Origin: Pyrinomonadaceae bacterium
GTDB lineage: Bacteria > Acidobacteriota > Blastocatellia > Pyrinomonadales > Pyrinomonadaceae
Assembly: GCA_046313635.1 (NCBI GenBank)
Contig: JBKBYA010000003.1
Span: forward strand, 160,001 to 224,000
Direction: 5' to 3'
DNA: 64,000 nt
Part shown: positions 17,864-28,068 of the stretch, piece by piece
Layout of the letters: each line of letters begins with the position of its first letter
How positions within the stretch are numbered: the stretch's first letter is position 1
The notes under the pieces: model-generated
What the model was told of the DNA's origin: nothing
The model's database searches: none
Seen by the model: the letters and a program-made list of their open reading frames with translations, nothing else
Program-made: the position numbers and the translations under genes

Positions 17864-19339
17864 CTAAGCCTCGGTCACGACGATCGTGCCGGCGGCCAGG
17901 TCGTGCGCGGCACGCTGCTCCTCGTTAAAGAACATCGTCAAAAATCCGATGCCCGCCACCGGCAGCGTGAGCAAGTAGACGGCCGCGTTGACCGCCGCCT
18001 GGTGAAAGGTCGGATAGTCGTTTGCCTCGACATCGATCAGCTCGAGCGAGAACATCCGCATCCCGATCGTGCGGCCGTACATCCCGACCGACACGGTCAT
18101 ATAAACGAACATCACGATCGACAGCGTGGCGGCAAATGCCAGCAGTCCGGACATCGTGAACCAATCGCCGCCCATCAGCACAAAGGGCAGCAGCAGGACG
18201 GCCGCCGCAAAGCTGCCGATGATCAGGTCAAAAAGTCCGGCGTTGAATCGCACAGAGATCGGTGCGAGATCGTCGATCGTCTCTTCGTCTTCGGCGGCGG
18301 TCTCGTCGGCCGCGGTCTCGTGTATCGCCTCGAGCTCGGCCGCGTCAAAGGTCTCATCGGTCGTGAGCGGGCCCAAGGTCGGCCGTGCCGCCGCGATCGA
18401 CTCGTCGCGGGCTGCGATATCGTCCGGCTCGTCGGCCCTCTCGGCCGGTGCCGCGGTCGCGAGTCGCGGCAGCTTGTTTGTGTCGTACGGCTTTTCGATC
18501 TTGAATGTCGGCACGAGTCTCGGCGACGGCGGGCCGGCGAGCGGCTTGCGCTCGGCCGGTCTCGGCAGTGCGGGCTCGCTGCTGCGTGCGACGACGTTGA
18601 ATCTCGCCTCGCGGGCCGCGGGCTGCGCCTTCGGCGCCGTATGTGCGCCTGCCGCCGGCGAGAAGCCGTTTGCCTGCGGCTGATTTGCAAATGTCTTGCG
18701 CGAATGATCGATCCGCTTGAGCGCGTTGGCGACGCGCGGGTCGGCGATCGGCTGCTGCGGCTCTGCCCTGGCCTCTGTGAGCGCCGGCTCGGCCTTTAGC
18801 GCGTTGGCGCCGCTGGTCGCCAGGCGCGGCTGCGATCGCGTGACCGCGGACGCCTGCGTCGCGGTAGACTGACCAGCTGCCGACGCTCCGCCGCCGCCGG
18901 CAGCTACGCCGCGGCGCTGTCTTACGGAATTTTGTAATTGGAGCCGCCAGTCGGGCAGGGCGCTTTGCTTGGCCTGAAACTCGACCAGCGTCGGGCTCGT
19001 CTTCGGCGCATGCAGCTCGCTGGTCTCGCGGTTGCGCTCAGCTGTCGTGGCCGCCGGCGGCTGACCGGCGACCGCTCGCGGCAAGGGCGTCGGGTGCTCG
19101 CCGATCTTGGTCTTTATTTCGGACGGCAGCGAGATAGGCGGGTTTGCTTGGACCATGTCGGCCGGTCTCTGCTCGCCGCCTGCATTCACGCCGGGCATCG
19201 AAACGGGCCTCGCCGCCGGAGTGCCGAAGGTGATCTTGGACTGTAATTCTTCACGCACCGAATCATTCATCATCGCTCCGCAGCTCGGGCAGATCGACAG
19301 AGTCGGCGCCAATTTTCGATTACAAACGGGGCAGTTCAT
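17864..19339 (-). CDS. RDD-family membrane protein with N-terminal zinc ribbon
   Basis: CPVC..CPSC; Pro/Ala-rich linker; RFNAGLFD, GRTIGMR, HDLAAGTIVV. Confidence 0.85.
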   Translation of the reverse strand: MNCPVCNRKLAPTLSICPSCGAMMNDSVREELQSKITFGTPAARPVSMPGVNAGGEQRPADMVQANPPISLPSEIKTKIGEHPTPLPRAVAGQPPAATTAERNRETSELHAPKTSPTLVEFQAKQSALPDWRLQLQNSVRQRRGVAAGGGGASAAGQSTATQASAVTRSQPRLATSGANALKAEPALTEARAEPQQPIADPRVANALKRIDHSRKTFANQPQANGFSPAAGAHTAPKAQPAAREARFNVVARSSEPALPRPAERKPLAGPPSPRLVPTFKIEKPYDTNKLPRLATAAPAERADEPDDIAARDESIAAARPTLGPLTTDETFDAAELEAIHETAADETAAEDEETIDDLAPISVRFNAGLFDLIIGSFAAAVLLLPFVLMGGDWFTMSGLLAFAATLSIVMFVYMTVSVGMYGRTIGMRMFSLELIDVEANDYPTFHQAAVNAAVYLLTLPVAGIGFLTMFFNEEQRAAHDLAAGTIVVTEA

Positions 19340-19472
19340 AAGCAGATCGAAACGCGTTTTCAGGGAAAAGTTTTTGAGCGAGATCCGGGTGAATCTGTGT
19401 GGATACTATCAGAGTTTACTTTAAGGGGTCAATATTAAGCCGATGAAATAGCGAAACTTCCACAAGGCTGTG

Positions 19473-19664
19473 GAAATTCCGGAATCCAGATTCCAAACTC
19501 CCAATCCAGATTCCAGATTCCAGATTCCAGATTCCAGATTCCAAATTCCAGATTCGGCGTCAGATCCCTGAGTTTCGCAGCGCTGCGTCAACGGGGCAAC
19601 TAGTGGCCGGAACTTTGAATTTGGAATTTGGAATCTGGAATTTGGAATTCGGGATTCGGAATTT
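19473..19664. repeat. Inverted pair of 7-bp tandem-repeat arrays
   Basis: (GATTCCA)n at 19473-19555 and complementary (GGAATTT/GGAATCT)n at 19609-19664. Confidence 0.9.
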
Positions 19665-20037
19665 ACAGCGGCTGCCGTCCGGCAAAGCCGGCTTCGACCT
19701 CGTGCCACCATTCGATCTGGTCGCCTTCGCCGAGCTGCCAGCAGAGATAGACGACGCGGCCGGAGCGTAAGGAAGGGAAATCGATAAGGCCGCGGGCGTG
19801 ATCTTTCAGTTCGACGCCGGTCTCGGCGAGCTCGGTCATAAGGCGGCCGAGGTCGTAGAGGGTCTTGACATATTCGGAGCCGCCCTCCATCCCGCCGCCC
19901 GAGCTTGCCGCCGCTGCGGCTGCCGCTGCCCTGTCGCGCAGCTCGCCGACGCGCTCGTAGAGGGCACCGATCCGCACGAGCATTGGCCTGAGCCGAGGGA
20001 TCATCTCGTTAGCCTCGCTGACGGTAAAGAGCTTCAT
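19663..20037 (-). CDS. DUF2203-family protein
   Basis: MKLFTVSEANEMIP...LKD...GLIDFP...VYLCWQLGE...WWHE...GFAGRQPL; ATGA-coupled to the NYN gene. Confidence 0.88.
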   Translation of the reverse strand: MKLFTVSEANEMIPRLRPMLVRIGALYERVGELRDRAAAAAAAASSGGGMEGGSEYVKTLYDLGRLMTELAETGVELKDHARGLIDFPSLRSGRVVYLCWQLGEGDQIEWWHEVEAGFAGRQPL

Positions 20038-20768
20038 CGGTCGTCTCTGATCCTCGTATATCCGCTCTCGCCGCCGCCCTGAGCGTCGGTCTGCGGGGCG
20101 CGTGACTCGTGTATCGAGTGAGAGCTCCCGCGATGGCCGCCCTGGCGACCGCCCGGCCGGTTCGGCTGATTGGTCGTGTGAGCCGCGGCATCGTCCGGCG
20201 GGACGAATGACGGCACGTCGTAGTCGCCGGCAGCATTCGCCGCGTCCTTGCGGATTAGATCCGCGATGTCGCCGAGATCGATAAAAAAGTCCGCGACGTC
20301 GATCAGTTTGGGAGCGGAATTGGAACGAAAGCCCGCGACCTCGACACGACATCCCTTATACGCCACGGCGTTGATCGCGTAGACAAAATCTTCGTCGCCC
20401 GAGACGAGCACCGCCGTATCGTACCGGCCCGCGAGGCTCAGCATATCGACGGCGATCTCGACGTCGAGATTTGCCTTGCGCGTGCCGTCGTAAAAGGTCT
20501 TGAGCTCCTTCTGCACGACGCGAAAGCCGTTGCGCCGCATCCACAGCAAAAATCCCTGCTGCCGCTCGGCTCCGGCGTCCACGCCCGTGTAAAAGAATGC
20601 CCGCAGCAGACGGCCGTCGCCGAGCAGCACGCGGAGCAGCTTGTTGTAATCGATATCGATGTTGTGGAATCTGGCCGCGTGAAACAAATTGTTGCCGTCG
20701 ATAAAGACGGCGACACGCCCGCGATGACCAAACTGCCAGGATGAGCTCGTTCGGGTGTCAAACTGCAT
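20034..20768 (-). CDS. NYN-domain (LabA/DUF88, PIN-like) protein
   Basis: VFIDGNN, KANLDVEIAVDM, LVSGDEDF. Confidence 0.92.
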   Translation of the reverse strand: MQFDTRTSSSWQFGHRGRVAVFIDGNNLFHAARFHNIDIDYNKLLRVLLGDGRLLRAFFYTGVDAGAERQQGFLLWMRRNGFRVVQKELKTFYDGTRKANLDVEIAVDMLSLAGRYDTAVLVSGDEDFVYAINAVAYKGCRVEVAGFRSNSAPKLIDVADFFIDLGDIADLIRKDAANAAGDYDVPSFVPPDDAAAHTTNQPNRPGGRQGGHRGSSHSIHESRAPQTDAQGGGESGYTRIRDDR

Positions 20769-21094
20769 CTCGCTAGTCCCCTTTGATTGAATTTCGGGCC
20801 TTAGCGGGTCGCGAGGGGCAGCAGCTGAGCGGCGCCTGGGGTTGAAGGATAGAAAAGAACTCCGTTCTCCCTCACCGGTCTTTACGCCGGAAAAGAGCGG
20901 GATATTCGATTGCGCAAATTCTTTTCAAATATGCCGATCGACGGTCAAAACAGTCTCTTAAAAGTTTATTTCAAAACGTCAGCGACAGCGGTCCGCGATC
21001 CCTAAAGCCTGCACATAGTTTGCAATCTTCGGCTCACCGAGGTCAAGCAAATTGCCCGTCGCAATGCTAACATCGCAAAGCGCGAGACACGCCT

Positions 21095-22084
21095 ATGCAC
21101 ACGCCCGACGACGACGAGATCGAGCGGCTCGGCCGCCTGCCGGTGACCGCGGAGAGTATCGGCTTTGCCGCGGACGAGCTTGCCGCGTGCGGCCGCTGCG
21201 GGCGGATGAACGCGCCGACGCGGGCGGCTTGTCTCTACTGCGGGGCGGCGCTAGATGTCGATCGATCAACCGCGATGCGCGAGCTTCGCAGGGCCGACGA
21301 TTGGGAGCCGGGATTTACGGTCGCCGCATCGGGCCCGAGCGGTGCGGCCGCATTTGCGGGGGCGTTGATCGGCTGCGACGCTCGTCTGGTCGAGCAGCTG
21401 CTCGCGACAGGCGAGATCTTGCCTCTCGTTCGTCTCGCCGACCGCGAAGATGCCGATGTCGTGCGCGGCGAGCTCGAGCGGAGCGGAATGCAAGCATTCA
21501 TGTTTGCCGACGACGAACTTATGCCGTCACGTCCGCCGCGGCGGCTGCGGCGGCTAGAGTTCAGCGGCGACGGCGTCGTGCTCACTCCTTTTAGCGAGGC
21601 CGACGAAGCGGTGGAGGTCGCCGTCGCGAAGATCGCGCTTGTCGTGAGCGGTCTCATTCGCCGGGTCGAAACCTCGGTCTCTGGCCGGCGAAAGCGAGGC
21701 GAATTCAAGACCGGCGAGACGACCGAGATGTCGTTTGACGAGAGCGTGCTCGACGTCTACCGTGCGGGTGATGCGATCGGATACAGGGTCGTCACGACAG
21801 GTTTTGACTTTTCGGGACTCGGCGGCGAGATGGCGGCAACGGCCGCGGCCAATATTGCCAGGCTCGCCGAAAGGCTCGTCGAGAAATGCCCGTCCGCTGC
21901 GTTCGTCGACTCGTACAGGACGGTCGAGCATTTGCTCAGAGACGTCTGGCCGCCGGCGGCATCGAGCGACTTCACGGGCCGGCAGCGGACCGGCCTGATG
22001 CGTTCGGGCTACGGCCGCGTCGATCGCTCTGACACCGCAGCGACATTTACGCGATTTTCGCGAATGCAGTATTACCTTTTATGA
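21095..22084 (+). CDS. Hypothetical protein with zinc-ribbon motif
   Basis: CGRC..N......CLYCG; ATGA-coupled to rlmB. Confidence 0.75.
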   Translation: MHTPDDDEIERLGRLPVTAESIGFAADELAACGRCGRMNAPTRAACLYCGAALDVDRSTAMRELRRADDWEPGFTVAASGPSGAAAFAGALIGCDARLVEQLLATGEILPLVRLADREDADVVRGELERSGMQAFMFADDELMPSRPPRRLRRLEFSGDGVVLTPFSEADEAVEVAVAKIALVVSGLIRRVETSVSGRRKRGEFKTGETTEMSFDESVLDVYRAGDAIGYRVVTTGFDFSGLGGEMAATAAANIARLAERLVEKCPSAAFVDSYRTVEHLLRDVWPPAASSDFTGRQRTGLMRSGYGRVDRSDTAATFTRFSRMQYYLL

Positions 22085-22914
22085 AGAGATCGCGACCAGC
22101 CGCGAATGCAGATCGCGGACGGCGAAAGCAAAAACATTCCACTATAGACCAGCGCCGCGAGACGCCGCGTCCACCCGACTCATCGATGATCTACGGCGTG
22201 CTCCCCGTGCTCGAGGCGCTCCGCTCGCGGGCACGCAGCGTCGAACGCGTCGTCATCGCCGAGGGCGTGCGCGAGCATCGCCTCGCCGAGATCGCCGAGG
22301 CCGCGCGCGGGGCCGGCATTCGAATCGACCGGATCTCGCGAGACGCGCTCGACCGCCTGGTCGAGCCCGGCGCAAATCATCAGGGCGTCGCCGCATTTGC
22401 CGCCGCCGTCAGCTACGCCGAGGCCGACGATATACTCGACGCCGCGTCGGAGCCCGCGCTGCTGCTCGTGCTCGACGGTGTCGAGGACCCGCGCAATCTC
22501 GGAGCGATACTTCGCTCGGCGGAGTGCGCGGGCGTGGACGGCGTATTCATCCCGTCGCGCCGCGCCGCCGGTTTGACCGACACCGTCGCAAAGGCCTCTG
22601 CGGGAGCCGTCGAGTACGTCAAGGTCGCAAAGGTCGGCAACGTAAACAATCTCATCGCCGAACTCAAAGAGCGCGGTATCTGGGTCGTCGGCGCGAGCGG
22701 CGACGCCGAGTTGACCCATACCGAATGGGACTGGACGCGGCCCACCGCTCTCGTTATGGGAGCCGAAGGTCACGGCCTTCACCGTCTCGTCGCGGAGAAC
22801 TGCGATGCGTTGGTAAAGATACCGATGTATGGAAGAATATCTGCGCTGAACGTCTCGGTCGCGACCGGCGTAATCCTTTTCGAAGCGAGGCGGCAAAGGT
22901 CCGAGGGAGAGTGA
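22081..22914 (+). CDS. rlmB: 23S rRNA Gm2251 2'-O-methyltransferase (SpoU family)
   Basis: IYG..PVLEAL, HQGV, DPRNLGAILRSA, KASAGA, MGAEG.GL, LNVSVA. Confidence 0.93.
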   Translation: MKRSRPAANADRGRRKQKHSTIDQRRETPRPPDSSMIYGVLPVLEALRSRARSVERVVIAEGVREHRLAEIAEAARGAGIRIDRISRDALDRLVEPGANHQGVAAFAAAVSYAEADDILDAASEPALLLVLDGVEDPRNLGAILRSAECAGVDGVFIPSRRAAGLTDTVAKASAGAVEYVKVAKVGNVNNLIAELKERGIWVVGASGDAELTHTEWDWTRPTALVMGAEGHGLHRLVAENCDALVKIPMYGRISALNVSVATGVILFEARRQRSEGE

Positions 22915-22920
22915 CGAGCA

Positions 22921-23445
22921 ATGTTTTGTCCGAAATGCGGAACAGATAACCCAGACACCGGCAGATTTTGCCGCGCGTGCGGCACGGCGATCGGCGGCGT
23001 GTCAGACGTCATTGCCGCTCAGTCGGCGGCGGCCGCGCCGGTGCTCGACAAGAGGGGAAAGCGCGTGAGCCTCGAGGGTGCGATCACAAAGCTCTTTATG
23101 GGCGTCGCGTTCATCGCGGTGTCGCTCGCTCTCGGTTTGTCGGGATCGGGAAAGAACTGGTGGTTCTGGATGCTGATACCGGCCTTTGCGATGATCGGTA
23201 CCGGCGTCGCGCAGATCATTCAGCTAAAGCACGCAATGAAGGGCGGCGTTCGCTTTGCAGAGAGCGAGCGGCTGCTCGAGCCGCGGGCCGCGACTCCGGG
23301 ACTGCCGCCTTCGCAGACCGCATACGTTCCCGCGGAGTCGCGCTACAAGACCGGCGATCTCGTTCCGCCGAGCGTCACCGAGGACACGACCCGTCATCTC
23401 GACAGCAGCTCCGAGGGCGAGACGATGACGCTGCCAAAGGTCTAG
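22921..23445 (+). CDS. Zinc-ribbon membrane protein
   Basis: MFCPKCG...FCRACG, two TM helices, PSVTEDTTRHL tail. Confidence 0.82.
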   Translation: MFCPKCGTDNPDTGRFCRACGTAIGGVSDVIAAQSAAAAPVLDKRGKRVSLEGAITKLFMGVAFIAVSLALGLSGSGKNWWFWMLIPAFAMIGTGVAQIIQLKHAMKGGVRFAESERLLEPRAATPGLPPSQTAYVPAESRYKTGDLVPPSVTEDTTRHLDSSSEGETMTLPKV

Positions 23446-24290
23446 CCAAGCTTGCGGCGCAGGCTCATCTTGTGACCGCTTAACCGCTCGAGAAGTCTCA
23501 GATAATTCACCGGAAAGATGCGGCTCACCGCGCTGATCAGCCGAGCGTCGGCGCCGATGAGGATCCGCTCGCGGCGACGCCGGATGCCGTCGACGATGAC
23601 GTCGGCCGCGCGCTCGGGCGCGGTCCGCGCAACCTTGTCAAAGAATTTAGCTCCTTGCTCCTTCCACTCCTTCGGCGTGGCGGCGCCGAGCCTCGAGCGG
23701 CGCGCGATATTGGTCTTAATGCCGCCGGGATGGACCGCCGAGACGACGATGTTGGTCCCGCGGAACTCGTGCCTGAGGCTCTCGCTAAACCCGCGCACGG
23801 CAAATTTTGACGAGCAGTACGCGGTCTGCTCCTCCGGCGCGATAAAGCCGAAGACGCTCGAGATGTTGACGATATGCGCCGACTCCTGCTCGCGCAGGAT
23901 CGGCAAAAAGACCTTGCAGCCGTACACGACGCCCCAGAAATTTACCCCCATCAGCCACTCAAAATCGTCGAGCGAGATGTGTTCAAAAGTTCCGAGCAGG
24001 CCGACACCGGCGTTGTTGACGAGATGCGTCACGCGGCCGTGAGCCGCGACCGATTCGTCCGCAAATCGCCGAACGTCCTCCAGCCGCGAAACGTCGACAA
24101 TGTGCGTCGTGACCGAAACGTCTCGATCGGCCGCCTGTGCGAGCGCCGCGGTCTCGGCGAGGCCGGCCTGGTCGATGTCGGCGATCGCGAGCCCGGCGAT
24201 CCTCTCTCGCGCCAGCCGGACGGCGAGAGCTCGACCGATGCCCGATGCGGCCCCGGTGACGGCCGCTACGCTTTTGCTGTTGAGCGTCAT
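23442..24290 (-). CDS. Short-chain dehydrogenase/reductase
   Basis: TGAASGIG, NNAG, YCSSK, VHPGGIKT. Confidence 0.93.
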   Translation of the reverse strand: MTLNSKSVAAVTGAASGIGRALAVRLARERIAGLAIADIDQAGLAETAALAQAADRDVSVTTHIVDVSRLEDVRRFADESVAAHGRVTHLVNNAGVGLLGTFEHISLDDFEWLMGVNFWGVVYGCKVFLPILREQESAHIVNISSVFGFIAPEEQTAYCSSKFAVRGFSESLRHEFRGTNIVVSAVHPGGIKTNIARRSRLGAATPKEWKEQGAKFFDKVARTAPERAADVIVDGIRRRRERILIGADARLISAVSRIFPVNYLRLLERLSGHKMSLRRKLG

Positions 24291-24317
24291 CTGTTTTCTG
24301 GTGAAAGGCCGCGAACC

Positions 24318-26453
24318 TTACCGGCGCGTGACGACAGCGCGCGCATTGCCCGCGTTGCCGTTCACGTCAAAGACCCGCAGCGTGATCGAATATTCGCCAG
24401 CCGCCGTCGGCACGGCGACCGTAAAGGTCTCGGTGGGCGAGTCGGCTATACGGTCGTCAGGGTAGACGGTGATCCATTCGCCGCCGTTGACGCTGTATTC
24501 GGCCCGGGTGATGTAACTCGCGCGGTCGACGGCGGCAAAGATCACCTGCGACGCCGACGAATTTTGCACCGTCACCGACGGCGCCGTGTTGTCGATGTCG
24601 ATCGGATCGGTCGTCCGCTCGCCGGAGAGCGCCGATGCCGCGGGATTGGAGGGCGTATCGCGCGCGACGATCTTGAAAACGTATCGGCCGTCGGCGAGCG
24701 ACTGACCGTCGATGGTGAAAAACGTCTGCTCGAGCTCGCGGCGGAGCGGGCGGAAATTCTGCTCCGACACTTCGCGATAATAGATGTCGTAGGCCAGCTT
24801 GTCGCCGTTGCGGTCCTCGGCCGTCCACTGGAGCGATCGTGCGGCTCGCTGGTAAACGCGGCGCGGCGGAGCGGATGCCGACGGTATGCCGAAGGTCGCC
24901 GGGTCGAGGCCCGACAATTCGATATTCGGATCGATCTGCGGCGCGGGGTTTGGCACGAGGCCGACGTTGGCCGGCAAAACCTGGATGGCGAGCACCTCTG
25001 GTGCGAGATTTTGCGGGAGGAATGCGACACTCACTTCGCTGAGCGACGCAGGCGGAGCGTTCGACGCCTTGAGCACGGCCCGCCACTGCAGAAATCTCGC
25101 CTTGGGACTCTTGACCTGGGATGCGGCCGGCGTGGTCCAGGAGCTCCAGGTCTCGTTCGGCTTTTCGGTGTTGCCGCTGCGCGTCTCGATCTCGATGGTG
25201 CCGGTCGATCGCCACCAGATTCGTCCCCAATCGGCCGCGGCCTTGGCGTCGAGCACCGGCGATTCGTACGTGCCCTCGGCCGACGGGGCCGTGCCGATCC
25301 GGTAGAGAGTGCCGGGATTGCTTGCGGCGGCGATCATGCCCGCAGCGCTTGGGACGAGTCTCGAGATCTGCCCCGCGTCTGACTGCAGCAGGAGCGTCTC
25401 GCGCCCCGCGTCCGAGACGCCGTAGACCCGGCCCTTGTCTGACGTGCCGATCGTCACGCCCCCTGTCTCGGCCGCTGCGATCGAAAATGCCGTCACCGAG
25501 GGCGACGTCCAGATGACCGAACTGCCGCCGTCGGCAGCGATGCGGTAAACGGCCGAGCGTGCCGACGCGATGTCGAATCGGCTTTTTGCCGGCGCCGCCT
25601 GCGCTCCGTCGGGCTTGTCGGCGGTGACCGGCTTGGCATCGGCCGCCGCGGCGTTGGCGTCGGCCGGCTTGGCCGTGCTCGCTCCCGCCGACTCGGCAAG
25701 AGCGAGGGCGTAGACCGCGTCGTTCGCTCCGACGGCGAGATCACGTATCTCGCGCAGGCTCGAGTCGAGCACGCCAAACGGCTTGCCGTCGGCGCCGAAC
25801 CGGATCACGAGCCCGCCCGGATCGGTCCCCGCGTACAAATTGCCGCGGCGGTCGGCGGCGAGCGAGACGATGTTGGTCTCGCTCGTGTCGAAAAGCAGCG
25901 AAGACTCGGGCGTCGCTCCGCCTGCGCGGACGCGATAGATCTTGCCGCCGTCGCCAGTCCCGACGGCGAGACTGCCGTCGGCCATCACGGCGAGCGACCA
26001 GATGTATTTTTGCTTAGGCTCGAAATAGACGCTCGGCGTTCCGCTCGCCGCGTCAAGGCGATAGACCTTGCCGTCGGGCGAGGTCGCGGCAAAGATCTCG
26101 CCCGTGCGCCCGACAGCGATCGCCGTCACATTCAACTCGGCCAGGTCCGCGAGCAGCGCGCCGCGGCCCGACGTGTCGACCTTGTAAACGCGGCCTTCGG
26201 CGCCGGTGCCGAGATAGATATTTCCGCTCTGATCGACGGCGGTCGACCAGATGTACGGCTGCTCGGTGCGGAATATCTCGGCGAGCTTCGGCGCGAGTGT
26301 GATCGTCCCGTTATCGTCGATCGAAACGCCGCGGGCATCGCCGCGCATCACCTCGGACCGCGAGTTGACCGTCCAGACCGACGGTCCCGACGCGATCGCG
26401 GCCGGAGCAAAGAGAGACAACACTGAAAGAAGTATCGAAAAGGACTTTTTCAT
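24318..26453 (-). CDS. Secreted beta-propeller protein with C-terminal Ig/Fn3-like domains
   Basis: Signal peptide; repeated GNIYLGTG/GKVYR blades; DGRYVFKIVARD, DNTAP. Confidence 0.8.
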   Translation of the reverse strand: MKKSFSILLSVLSLFAPAAIASGPSVWTVNSRSEVMRGDARGVSIDDNGTITLAPKLAEIFRTEQPYIWSTAVDQSGNIYLGTGAEGRVYKVDTSGRGALLADLAELNVTAIAVGRTGEIFAATSPDGKVYRLDAASGTPSVYFEPKQKYIWSLAVMADGSLAVGTGDGGKIYRVRAGGATPESSLLFDTSETNIVSLAADRRGNLYAGTDPGGLVIRFGADGKPFGVLDSSLREIRDLAVGANDAVYALALAESAGASTAKPADANAAAADAKPVTADKPDGAQAAPAKSRFDIASARSAVYRIAADGGSSVIWTSPSVTAFSIAAAETGGVTIGTSDKGRVYGVSDAGRETLLLQSDAGQISRLVPSAAGMIAAASNPGTLYRIGTAPSAEGTYESPVLDAKAAADWGRIWWRSTGTIEIETRSGNTEKPNETWSSWTTPAASQVKSPKARFLQWRAVLKASNAPPASLSEVSVAFLPQNLAPEVLAIQVLPANVGLVPNPAPQIDPNIELSGLDPATFGIPSASAPPRRVYQRAARSLQWTAEDRNGDKLAYDIYYREVSEQNFRPLRRELEQTFFTIDGQSLADGRYVFKIVARDTPSNPAASALSGERTTDPIDIDNTAPSVTVQNSSASQVIFAAVDRASYITRAEYSVNGGEWITVYPDDRIADSPTETFTVAVPTAAGEYSITLRVFDVNGNAGNARAVVTRR

Positions 26454-26562
26454 TTGTTTGAGACGTGCAAGAGTTGCCTAAGTCTAAACACAATTCGTAA
26501 AAAAAGACACCGCCTCGATCGACGGTGTCTCGCCTTTGCGCCAGAGGCGCGCGGGCGGCGTA

Positions 26563-27909
26563 TCAGCTCTTGGCTGGAGCGTTCGTGCTGCGGCTTTCGG
26601 CCATCCGGTCGAGCACCGCCGCGGCGTCCTCGCCGGCGATGAAGTGGACCGCGTCCCGCAGCTCTTCGGCGTCGCCGGTGATCAGCCTCGCGCTCCGCTC
26701 GCGGGTCATATACGCCCAGAACCACTCGAACATCACCGCGACGCGATTGCGGAAGCCGATCAGCAAAACGACGTGAAGAAAGAGCCACATCATCCAGGCG
26801 ACAAAGCCCGAGAACTTCCACCCGCGCAGGTCCGCGATCGCGCGGCTGCGGCCGATGGTCGCCATCGTGCCTTTGTCGACGTATTCAAAATCGACGCGAG
26901 GCCTGCCCTCGAGATCGCGAATTATGTTTGCCGCCACATGATCGCCCATCTGCATCGCCGCCGGAGCGAGGCCGGGCACGGGCTCGCCGTTCTTTTGCTT
27001 GATCGACGCCATGTCGCCGATGACAAAAACATTCTTGTGATCGCGCAGCGAAAGGTCGCTCTCGACATATACGCGCCCCGCGCGGTCGGTCTCGCCGAGA
27101 GCTCGGCCGAGCGGCGAGGCGGCGACGCCGGTCGCCCACAGCGCGACGTCGCACTCGATCCATTCTTCGCCGACCTTTACCTTGCCCTGAGCGAGGTCGG
27201 TCACAAAGCTGTTGAGCCGAACCTCGACGCCGAGCTCCTCGAGCTGCCGCTTGGCGCTCGCCGAGAGGTCGGGCGGGAACGTGCCGAGCACGCGGTCGGA
27301 GCCTTCAAAGAGGATGACGCGCGCCTCGGTCGTGTCGATCGCCATAAAATCTTTTGCAAGCGCCTGCCGCGCGATGCCCGCGATCGCTCCCGCGAGCTCG
27401 ACGCCCGTCGGCCCGCCGCCGATGACGACGAAGTTTATGTCGTCACGCCGGCCGGTCAGATACGCCCGCCGCTCTGCCAGCTCAAACGTCAAGAGCACTC
27501 GCCGGCGGATCTCGACCGCGTCCTCGATCGTCTTCAGGCCCGGCGCCGACGTCTCCCATTCGTCATGGCCAAAGTACGAGTGCCGCGCACCCGCGGAGAC
27601 AATCAGGTAATCGTACGAGATGGCGGAGCCGTCCTCGAGGCGGACGAGCTTTTTGTCCTTATCAAAACCGGTCACCTCGCCGAGAATGACCTCGGTATTC
27701 TTGTTCTTGTGCAGGATGCGGCGGATCGGCGAGGCGATCTCGCCCGGGCTGAGCACGGCGGTCGCGACCTGGTAGAGCAGAGGCTGAAACGTGTGGTGGT
27801 TTTTGCGATCTACGAGCGTCACCTCGACCGGCTTGCCGCCGAGCGCCTTAGCCGCCCAGAGGCCGCCAAAGCCGCCGCCGATTATTACCACCCGAGGTTT
27901 AGCGCTCAT
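26563..27909 (-). CDS. ndh: Type II NADH dehydrogenase
   Basis: GGGFGG, FQPLLYQVAT, GGGPTGVELAG, WATGV, GLAPAAMQMG, YVDKGTMATIGR. Confidence 0.93.
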   Translation of the reverse strand: MSAKPRVVIIGGGFGGLWAAKALGGKPVEVTLVDRKNHHTFQPLLYQVATAVLSPGEIASPIRRILHKNKNTEVILGEVTGFDKDKKLVRLEDGSAISYDYLIVSAGARHSYFGHDEWETSAPGLKTIEDAVEIRRRVLLTFELAERRAYLTGRRDDINFVVIGGGPTGVELAGAIAGIARQALAKDFMAIDTTEARVILFEGSDRVLGTFPPDLSASAKRQLEELGVEVRLNSFVTDLAQGKVKVGEEWIECDVALWATGVAASPLGRALGETDRAGRVYVESDLSLRDHKNVFVIGDMASIKQKNGEPVPGLAPAAMQMGDHVAANIIRDLEGRPRVDFEYVDKGTMATIGRSRAIADLRGWKFSGFVAWMMWLFLHVVLLIGFRNRVAVMFEWFWAYMTRERSARLITGDAEELRDAVHFIAGEDAAAVLDRMAESRSTNAPAKS

Positions 27910-28068
27910 AAATTTCCTCGATCGAACGCGTCAGGCATCCGGCCGCTCTCGTTCTGATCTTAACGTCCGGCGCCGAAGTCGAAAGTCTCGGCGCAGACGC
28001 TCTGAAGGTAACCCCTTCAGATCAGAGCGGCGAGGTTGATTATTCCTGCGGTACCGGAGAGGCCGCCT

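Noticed and set aside
19473..19664. Heptamer arrays (also 42955-43149) as CRISPR arrays or coding repeats
   Set aside because: Units are 7 bp with no unique spacers and no cas genes; ORFs through them (e.g. 19421-19711, 42766-43077) are repeat translations.
20034..20768. NYN-DUF2203 pair as a toxin-antitoxin or defence system
   Set aside because: Host-like composition, housekeeping context and no regulator or mobility signal; coupling alone is insufficient.
20800..20840. SRP RNA-like GGGTC-GCGA-GGGGC-AGCAGC
   Set aside because: Lacks CAGG and the correct 3-bp stem spacing of SRP domain IV; no long enclosing helix seen.
27943..28036. Hammerhead ribozyme
   Set aside because: Core reads CTGATCT rather than CTGANGA, and the GAAA sits in a hairpin loop.
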